From positions 1,470 through 65,469 of the IMG/VR virus record IMGVR_UViG_3300027985_000227: 64,000 nucleotides of DNA; one strand, written 5' to 3'. The notes under the pieces were generated by a model. That model was given only the letters and a program-made list of their open reading frames with translations. It ran no database searches and was not told the origin of the DNA. Both the position numbers and the translations under genes were made by a program. This DNA is from a virus (Duplodnaviria; Caudoviricetes). Of this stretch, positions 57,501 through 64,000 are shown piece after piece; the stretch's first letter is position 1, and every line of letters starts with the position of its first letter.

Positions 57501-58907
57501 TTAGAATCCTATAACCTTTGTAACGACGATTTCTTGATTAGCATCAAGAGATAAATAACGCAAAACGTCATAAATATGGTCGTCTTGCTCAGTATCAACA
57601 TCTTCCACGTTATCTTCATCCACAACTAAGTGAGGAATCTGATCTATGGTATTAACGCATGTGTTAAACACGTAAAGACAAGGCTTCTCAGGCATGTCTT
57701 TACATGCTTCAGAGATCATTTGGTTAATAACAGCTAGCCCATTTACTCGACTACCTGGCTTTTTGTTGCTTTCAGTCCAAAAACAGCTCTCTTGAGACAT
57801 TAACTCAGCTATAGATGGACCTTGTTCTTTTGTAAATATCGCATTATCGGCAGGTCCTGGCATTATACCTCGGCCGTTATTAAGCTGCTTATCTATGTTA
57901 ACGATCTTACGGGCTGTGATTCTAACGTCTTCTTGTATCCCAGAACCGTACTGATCAGCACCATATAGCTCATTTATCAGTACAAGAGAGCCTTTTGGCA
58001 TATACAGACGTACGCCAGCACGATCAGTGTACTCCTCACCATTACTGATTGCGGCCCAAAGTACGGCGTATGGAGCACTGAACCCATAGTCATAGCCGCG
58101 CTTTATTCGCCAAGAGCTAGGGATATCAAACGGCTCAATCACGTGACGTTCATACTTCCAATCTCGTATTGCACGATTGTCAGAAATATCCCAATCACCA
58201 GACAGCATAGCGTCCACAAGAGCGGCTTTACCAAGACCTCTAAGCCTGCTAGCGTATTCTGGATCATTTTTCATCAATACTTTGTTATCATTGAGTCTGG
58301 ACGGTATGAACTGACGAACCATTCCGCCTTCGTCTTCGGTTGCTTTATGAATAGACGTACCGTAGTCTACAAAATTGCGTTTAAAGTAGCGATGTGACAC
58401 GCCACCAGGGTTGGACGCATAGATAATTCTTGGAAAAAGTGCCCGATATTCAGGCGGCACGTTAAGTGATCCTAGTCGTACGCGAGACCGAAGGAATCGT
58501 ATCATTTTCTCAGTAAAGTGGGTCGCTTCGTCTATGAATAGCATAGGTATCTGCGCGCCCTGATAGTTGGTCACATCGTTTTCCCATTGAGCGTGACACA
58601 ACTGAATACGACTACCGTTCAACCACTCCCATACGTAGTCACCTTTATTGTACTTAACTAAACCGTCCTCAACGGCGTCTTTTAGCATCTCAGGGAAGCC
58701 ACCAGGCGTCCACATGTGGTTCGACATCAGCTCTTTGAACGTCCGCCGAAATATGTACACATGCAGACCAGGAATTTGCATACAGTACACAATAGAAGCC
58801 ACACGGATAAGATGTGACTTACCGCCACCAGCGGCACCGCCGTACAGTATCTCCGTTGCTTCGGTCTGTAAGGCCAAGGCTTGCTTTCTGTATAGTTGTA
58901 AATCCAA
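57501..58907 (-). CDS. terminase large subunit
   Basis: LYGGAAGGGKS, IDEATHF, ASNPGG, DYG, DHIYDVLRY. Confidence 0.95.
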   Translation of the reverse strand: MDLQLYRKQALALQTEATEILYGGAAGGGKSHLIRVASIVYCMQIPGLHVYIFRRTFKELMSNHMWTPGGFPEMLKDAVEDGLVKYNKGDYVWEWLNGSRIQLCHAQWENDVTNYQGAQIPMLFIDEATHFTEKMIRFLRSRVRLGSLNVPPEYRALFPRIIYASNPGGVSHRYFKRNFVDYGTSIHKATEDEGGMVRQFIPSRLNDNKVLMKNDPEYASRLRGLGKAALVDAMLSGDWDISDNRAIRDWKYERHVIEPFDIPSSWRIKRGYDYGFSAPYAVLWAAISNGEEYTDRAGVRLYMPKGSLVLINELYGADQYGSGIQEDVRITARKIVNIDKQLNNGRGIMPGPADNAIFTKEQGPSIAELMSQESCFWTESNKKPGSRVNGLAVINQMISEACKDMPEKPCLYVFNTCVNTIDQIPHLVVDEDNVEDVDTEQDDHIYDVLRYLSLDANQEIVVTKVIGF

Positions 58908-59002
58908 TGGTCAGAACCTCTGTAACCACCAACAAGCACTGCTTGCTTATAGATCAAGGCCGAGGTGCCGTCGTACTCTGTACTCAGTGCACCAATGCCT
59001 TG

Positions 59003-59389
59003 TTATGCTTCGATACTCTTTTCATCCGGTGTCTCTTCGTCGTTGTCGTCGTCATCTTCCATGATAGTGACTCGCAGGAGACCGAAGTCAGACTTAATGT
59101 TGCCCTTCACTTCCACCGACTTGAGTTCAGACTCGACGTACTTGACAATTGTCTTGTGACACTCTACACGAAGTTTTGCGTCATGTACGAATTTGTTTTC
59201 ATCGTCTTTTTCCAACGCAATTTCGGCCATCGACACTAGCGGATGATAGTTGGGATGCTCTCTTTGAAGCATCTCTAAAATCCGATTTTTGTATGTAGAT
59301 TCGTCAGACATTGTACGCATCACTTGATTGCGAATTACTTGGATGTAACTATACAGCATGGGAAACCATTTGTACACCAGGTGTTTCAT
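59003..59389 (-). CDS. putative terminase small subunit (start may be downstream)
   Basis: YHPLVSMAEIA...CHKTIVKYVESELKSVEV; directly upstream of the large terminase. Confidence 0.65.
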   Translation of the reverse strand: MKHLVYKWFPMLYSYIQVIRNQVMRTMSDESTYKNRILEMLQREHPNYHPLVSMAEIALEKDDENKFVHDAKLRVECHKTIVKYVESELKSVEVKGNIKSDFGLLRVTIMEDDDDNDEETPDEKSIEA

Positions 59390-59413
59390 GCTCGAAGTTC
59401 TTCTAAAAGTAGC

Positions 59414-59530
59414 TAGAAGTATGTAGCCGGATGTATGTCAGAGTAGTTCTGGACTATCTGGTAGCTATCAAAAGAATAATTAATATGTAGCTACGGGCTG
59501 CTACTTGATAATAAATTGGAGCGCTCTGAG
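59414..59530. repeat. dispersed element copy 3 (inverted, diverged)
   Basis: reverse complement retains GTAGCAGCCCGTAGCTACATATTAAT and CTCTGACATACATCCGG.TACATACTTCTA. Confidence 0.85.
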
Positions 59531-59575
59531 TAGTCCATTAACACATATTACTGAGTAATGAGCACTGAATACTGG

Positions 59576-59635
59576 ATACATAGCACCGAATACATAGCAC
59601 TGAATACATAGCACTGAATACATAACATTGAATAC
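59576..59635. repeat. 14-bp tandem repeat, ~4 copies
   Basis: ATACATAGCACTGA units at 59576, 59590, 59604, 59618. Confidence 0.9.
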
Positions 59636-59868
59636 TACGGCCATCGGCGCTCCAGCTATTCTCCAAATATAACGTTGAGGGTATCTACATACAAAGAAGT
59701 AGCCTGATGTAGCTACGTGGCCAATTAGAAAAGTCTGGAACGAAAAAATGCCGAGCAGGTCTGGGGGGCGCGCCTCTGGGGCAATGGCCCCTAATGTGCT
59801 AATATACTAATACGCTAATATTCTAATATTCGTGTATACAAATATTCGCGTATACGAATATTATTATA

Positions 59869-60043
59869 CATCGAGGTCGACATATTCTAATACACTAACA
59901 TTCTAATATTCGTATGCATCGAGATCGACATATTATAATACACTAATATTCTAATATTCGTATGCATCGAGGCCGACATATTCTAATACACTAATATTCT
60001 AATATTCGTATACATCGAGGTCAGCATATTCTAACACACTAAT
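59869..60043. repeat. 48-bp tandem repeat, ~3.6 copies, within a CTAATAT-rich array
   Basis: CATCGAG..CGACATATTCTAATACACTAATATTCTAATATTCGTATG at 59869, 59917, 59965, 60013 (last partial). Confidence 0.9.
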
Positions 60044-60165
60044 ACACTAATATACATATATACTTATTTACTGATATACGTATATACGGCTTCACTAATA
60101 TACTAATATACTGGGATCGATATATACTAATTCACTAATATTCTAATTTACTAATATACTGAAGC

Positions 60166-60194
60166 AAATAAAAGGGGATCATCGCGATCCCCTT
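60166..60194 (-). terminator. rho-independent terminator
   Basis: AAGGGGATC/GATCCCCTT hairpin followed by a T-run on the minus strand. Confidence 0.7.
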
Positions 60195-60213
60195 ATAAGA
60201 TTTCCGAATGCTG

Positions 60214-60543
60214 TTATTCGGAGATCTTATGATCTTCCGTCACTTCGCGGAAGGTGTAACCATTTCTCGCGGAGTAGATTTGCCCGTAAGAGAGGTTAAG
60301 CTCTTCCGCGGCCTTCTTGTGTGACGAATCTTTGAGGTCACCGAATTTGACCCGGAATGCATCATCTTCGGTCATCTGTCTTTCGGACTTCGGTCCACGG
60401 TCTCGCTTGGGGGCCGACTCCATTTCGTTGACCCGCTGAATCAGCTCATTGAGCTTTTCGGTAATGCTCGCAAGAGTTTGCTTACCTTCGAGCATGGCGA
60501 TTTCAGAAGAGGCATTTTTGAGTTCGTTGATCAGATCTTTCAT
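60214..60543 (-). CDS. coiled-coil plus C-terminal HTH-like DNA-binding protein
   Basis: HKKAAEELNLSYGQIYSARNGYTF; own promoter, RBS and terminator. Confidence 0.75.
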   Translation of the reverse strand: MKDLINELKNASSEIAMLEGKQTLASITEKLNELIQRVNEMESAPKRDRGPKSERQMTEDDAFRVKFGDLKDSSHKKAAEELNLSYGQIYSARNGYTFREVTEDHKISE

Positions 60544-60578
60544 GATAGTCTCCAGACTTGGGTTGCGAGGCTGTTTAT

Positions 60579-60622
60579 TCAGCTCTCAATTATATTGTAC
60601 ACTGCGATGGCGATTTGTACAA
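60579..60622 (-). promoter_or_regulatory. sigma70-like promoter
   Basis: TTGTAC-17-TACAAT followed by ATAATTGAGAG; similar at 60808-60852 and 62024-62068. Confidence 0.7.
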
Positions 60623-60631
60623 TACGGATTT

Positions 60632-60787
60632 TTAATCGATGAGAAAGAGGATTTTATCGGCACTGATGGCGAAAAACTCGACAACATCCTCGAAATCATC
60701 GTCGGACATCGTGGGCAATTCGATCTCGTGAACCTCGATCTCAGGGATTTCGTCGATCGGCTCTATATTGATATGGGTGACGTTCAT
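60632..60787 (-). CDS. very acidic 51-aa protein (not in the ORF track)
   Basis: MNVTHINIEPIDEIPEIEVHEIELPTMSDDDFEDVVEFFAISADKILFLID; GGAGA RBS; own promoter. Confidence 0.65.
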   Translation of the reverse strand: MNVTHINIEPIDEIPEIEVHEIELPTMSDDDFEDVVEFFAISADKILFLID

Positions 60788-60884
60788 CGTAAATCTCCAT
60801 TAATTTATTCAACTCTCAATTATATTGTACCAAAAATTCATGAAAAGTACAATTCGAGTTTCGTATAGTGCTATAAGATTTATG

Positions 60885-60980
60885 TATATTAGCATATTAG
60901 TATATTAGTATATTAGTATATTAGTATATTAGTATATTAGCGTATTAGCGTATTAGCGTATTAGCGTATTAGTGTATTAG
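60885..60980. repeat. 8-bp tandem repeat, 12 copies
   Basis: YRTATTAG units (TATATTAG, CGTATTAG). Confidence 0.95.
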
Positions 60981-61121
60981 CGTTTCCTCGCGAGGACCCT
61001 CTTGGCCGGGTGCCTGAAGGTACGTGACCTCGGGTCCCCACCCTCGAGGCTACCGGCGCCCGAAGGTACAACGTTTTCGGGTCCCAGCCCTCGATGCCTT
61101 ACGTACACAAAGGTTCGACGC

Positions 61122-61157
61122 AATAAAAACGGCTCCAACCAGTTCTGATTGGAGCCG
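61122..61157 (-). terminator. rho-independent terminator
   Basis: CGGCTCCAA/TTGGAGCCG hairpin with a T-run on the minus strand. Confidence 0.7.
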
Positions 61158-61199
61158 CGCTGTCGGTCGGCGATGGAGTCGTATCGCTAACCGTCAGAC

Positions 61200-61697
61200 T
61201 TAGCTCAGGAGAGCATCGAGGTCTTCGGCCTCGGCATCGCTGTCCTTGGACTCACCGGTCTCACTGGACTCACCAGCCTCGCCGTCTTCACCGGTGGGCT
61301 CGACCTTGGCACCGCCGCGGGGCTTGCGAGCCGCTTTGCGCGATTCCTCGAGCTGCGCGGCCTCGGCCTCGGTGGCCGGGGTCATCTTGTCGAGTTCGGC
61401 CAGCACCTTCGCTTTATCCTCGTCGGACAGTTTGGTGGCGCGCTCACGGGCCGCATCGATCTGCTCCTTGGTGAACTTGGTGTCTTCGGTGATGTAGCCG
61501 AAGTTACGGCCCTTCTTGATGTCGTTCACCTTGCCCGGAGTGGTGCGGAACATTGCGGCCAGCTCGCCGTCGGTGCCCTGGAAGGCGAAGCGAATCAGGA
61601 ATACCATCGGAACCGGCATGCGACCACGGACGATGTCGATGACGACCTTCTCCTCCTTCTTGGTGTTGGCTGCTGGAGCGGTGTCTTTCTTTGCCAT
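61200..61697 (-). CDS. HTH-like DNA-binding protein with acidic tail
   Basis: GELAAMFRTTPGKVNDIKKGRNF; AGGAGACTAC RBS before ATG 61697; strong codon bias. Confidence 0.75.
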   Translation of the reverse strand: MAKKDTAPAANTKKEEKVVIDIVRGRMPVPMVFLIRFAFQGTDGELAAMFRTTPGKVNDIKKGRNFGYITEDTKFTKEQIDAARERATKLSDEDKAKVLAELDKMTPATEAEAAQLEESRKAARKPRGGAKVEPTGEDGEAGESSETGESKDSDAEAEDLDALLS

Positions 61698-61873
61698 GAT
61701 GTAGTCTCCTAGTCTAAGACATTCATTGCGGCCCATATTAGGCCAAGGGTTAAAATAAGGATCCACTTTAGTATTGTAAAGAAGACCCTCGCTGCGATGT
61801 AGATAGCTTTCACATTGTCTATACTACTATAAGTAAGTTAGGATGTAAACCAGGGGGATCAACTTTTTATAAC

Positions 61874-62008
61874 TCAGCCGAACCCACCAGCACCGCCGCC
61901 ACTGTTGTCGCGGTTTTTGAGAGCCTTGAAACCGACATGATGATGATGACTCTTGCCATGATCCACAATCAGCTTGAGGATGAACAGTATTGCCAAGATC
62001 TTGAACAT
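61874..62008 (-). CDS. 44-aa membrane peptide with His tetrad (not in the ORF track)
   Basis: MFKILAILFILKLIVDHGKSHHHHVGFKALKNRDNSGGGAGGFG; GGAGG RBS; promoter upstream. Confidence 0.5.
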   Translation of the reverse strand: MFKILAILFILKLIVDHGKSHHHHVGFKALKNRDNSGGGAGGFG

Positions 62009-62073
62009 CGTCGGCCTCCAATTTCAACTCTCAATTATATTATAGCACGATCTGATTAGATGTAAACCAGGTG

Positions 62074-62352
62074 CTATAATTCTTTGTATTCGTCCTTTAC
62101 TCGTTCGTCTCCATTCTCATCGACGAAATCGATGTACATTTTGGCTTTTGTGGGAACCACTTCGATGGCACCATCCATGGTAAATACACGATAATCTGCT
62201 AGGTCCATCACCAGACGCAAGCCTTCATCAAGAAATTTGATGGCAGACCACACGCTCTGATAATGACGTCCTTTGTGGTAGAATGTCATGCCCATATCGA
62301 GCTCGTCCAAACGTACGAGCGCCATTTCATTGGGAATGTAGACTTTCGTCAT
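62074..62352 (-). CDS. hypothetical early protein
   Basis: 92-aa ORF, GAGGT RBS. Confidence 0.65.
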   Translation of the reverse strand: MTKVYIPNEMALVRLDELDMGMTFYHKGRHYQSVWSAIKFLDEGLRLVMDLADYRVFTMDGAIEVVPTKAKMYIDFVDENGDERVKDEYKEL

Positions 62353-62363
62353 CGTCTTGACCT

Positions 62364-62672
62364 CTAATCGGTTTCTTTCAGGTCAGGAAGATACTTCCGC
62401 TGGAACGCATCGACTGGGTATCCAGTCACGCCACCCATGGAAAACATAAACCGCAACTGCGCCATTGACGTGAGGTTGTGGTCGTTCTTGGCGCTTTCTA
62501 CCACGCTATTGAACCACTTGTCGCCCATGTATTCGCGCAAGTCTTTGAGCGCCTTCGCGTCTTTCTCTTCCTGCGAGCCTTCGTATTTGATTTCGTAGTG
62601 CATAATAGCCTCACTCGTCATCGTGCTTCGTAGCACGGTCTTGATAGTACTGGTCTTCTTCTCGAATGGCAT
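62364..62672 (-). CDS. hypothetical early protein (start probably 62603)
   Basis: GAGG RBS before MHYEIKY. Confidence 0.6.
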   Translation of the reverse strand: MPFEKKTSTIKTVLRSTMTSEAIMHYEIKYEGSQEEKDAKALKDLREYMGDKWFNSVVESAKNDHNLTSMAQLRFMFSMGGVTGYPVDAFQRKYLPDLKETD

Positions 62673-62874
62673 CGACGCCTTCTCGCATCATGTCATTGAG
62701 ATCGCCCAAATATGTGTTGTCCTTATAAACCATGACACACCCATCGAAGTTATGACTGAATGTGTAGTTATACGGCTCACCACCCATAAGACTTGTCAAG
62801 TCTTCGACGAATTTCTGTGATGTTTGGCGACTCATGATGATCTCCTTTTGTTTACTCTTAATCATATTATACAC
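62611..62874 (-). CDS. hypothetical early protein (start probably ~62839)
   Basis: AAGGAGA RBS before MSRQ; promoter upstream. Confidence 0.6.
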   Translation of the reverse strand: MYNMIKSKQKEIIMSRQTSQKFVEDLTSLMGGEPYNYTFSHNFDGCVMVYKDNTYLGDLNDMMREGVDAIREEDQYYQDRATKHDDE

Positions 62875-63098
62875 TAATATGATTAGGAGTAAACGGCAAA
62901 GATTTACTTCACAGCATTACATTCGTCAATGACTCTCCTCATACATTTGCATGGCCCAGATGGTGGCGGCGCAATCATCCATGTACGTCAGCGCCAAAAG
63001 CGACGTATCATCGCCGGAACGGTCACATTCCTCGATGAGATCAAGGTACGTGAGAATCGCCATCGTGTATTTGTTCATTTGCTTCAGGGTGGTGATCA

Positions 63099-63284
63099 TC
63101 ATTTTTCTCCTTGATAACGACGAAATGCAATGACTGCAAGCAAGTACAAATCATGGTATCGTTCACTTTGATACCCGCTTGTGAATTCGTCGTACATCAT
63201 AGCACCTTGGAAGAAACTGGATTTCAAGGACCACGGAATATTCAGCGCCCACACATGAGCCGCATATCTTTCGAACCAATCCAT
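63099..63284 (-). CDS. hypothetical early protein
   Basis: AAGGAG RBS; GTTTAC-17-TATAAT promoter upstream. Confidence 0.6.
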   Translation of the reverse strand: MDWFERYAAHVWALNIPWSLKSSFFQGAMMYDEFTSGYQSERYHDLYLLAVIAFRRYQGEK

Positions 63285-63419
63285 AAGTTACTCCTTAATC
63301 AATTCACAATAATATTATACACAGTCTGATCCAAAAGTAAACAGGGAGAGTAGCTACGTATATAATAAAGAACACGTGCGTATACCACCATTTATACCAA
63401 AAGTACACGGCGAGGGCGG

Positions 63420-63770
63420 ACCTCGATGCTCAAGCCGAGGGCCCTCGGCCGTGGTCCGCCCTTCCGCGACGGGGGATCCTTATTCCCCTCGATGTCGACC
63501 TCGATGCTCCGGCCCTCGGCCTCGTGGTCGAGCCCCAACATGTACCGGCCCATGCCCACCCAGGGCGAAGAGCCCGAAGGTAGAATCCTTTGGGCCGAGG
63601 CGCCGATGCCCGAAGGTTCGATGCCCGAAGGTTCGATGTTTTTAAGGGCCGAGGCCCGAAGGTTCGATGTTTTTAAGGGCCTAGGCCCGAAGGTTCGATG
63701 GAAAGGCGTAAAAGTGTTCATCGAAGGTAGAACTTCGGCGCATCGGCCTCCCTCCCCTCGGGCCCAGCCT
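63420..63770. repeat. GC-rich degenerate repeat array (GCCCGAAGGTTCGATG / CCTCG)
   Basis: GCCCGAAGGTTCGATG at 63608, 63623, 63654, 63685; related units at 61010-61120. Confidence 0.8.
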
Positions 63771-64000
63771 GAGCGCTTATACCAATGAATGCAGCGCGCC
63801 GAGGGCCGATATTTTATCGATATTTTATATTCAAAATATAGTTTGATTTTTTGCATTCTACATTCTTTAAAAAATTATATATATGTATATATACTGCTTT
63901 TTTTATTTTATACTCCAAAATATATAAATTAAAAGTAAGTAGAAAGTAACATCATAAACTATAACAATTTCAACAACTTATGACTACTTCTTAACATTCT

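Noticed and set aside
59869-60043. Possible CRISPR array
   Set aside because: The 48-bp units are near-identical over their whole length with no unique spacers, and there are no cas genes. The Cas4-like nuclease is a replication-module protein.
60449-60868. 139-aa plus-strand ORF
   Set aside because: It overlaps two minus-strand genes and their promoters, which have better RBS and promoter support.
63376-63856. Three overlapping ORFs near the right end
   Set aside because: They run through GC-rich DNA repeats that lack stop codons by composition; the translations are low-complexity and have no RBS.

Overview
The window is most or all of a dsDNA siphovirus-type phage genome, probably infecting a Gram-negative host; no integrase is visible. 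The + strand (1-34 kb) carries many small early genes, three tRNAs (Pro-UGG, probable Ile2-CAU, Leu-UAA) and accessory enzymes (NUDIX, NADAR, pol-beta-type nucleotidyltransferase, HD hydrolase). It also carries a replication module (prim-pol/helicase, family A polymerase, PD-(D/E)XK nuclease, VRR-NUC, SNF2 helicase, ligase) and a cytosine-modification module (dCMP hydroxymethylase-like enzyme, carbamoyltransferase, NMP kinase, NTP pyrophosphatase, ThyX, dCMP deaminase). The - strand (34-59.4 kb) carries the virion, lysis and packaging genes. A repeat-rich control region with strongly promoted early genes occupies 59.4-64 kb. The most striking signal is a cluster of structured non-coding RNAs at 5.35-6.12 kb and 8.71-8.92 kb. 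Four copies of a covarying bulged-stem motif flank a ~600-aa gene that is probably Ro/TROVE-like with a TerD-like C-terminus. One copy carries a circularly permuted tRNA (YrlA-like). This suggests a Y-RNA-like ribonucleoprotein system with its own RNA-binding motif. All family calls come from motif recognition by eye; no searches were run.
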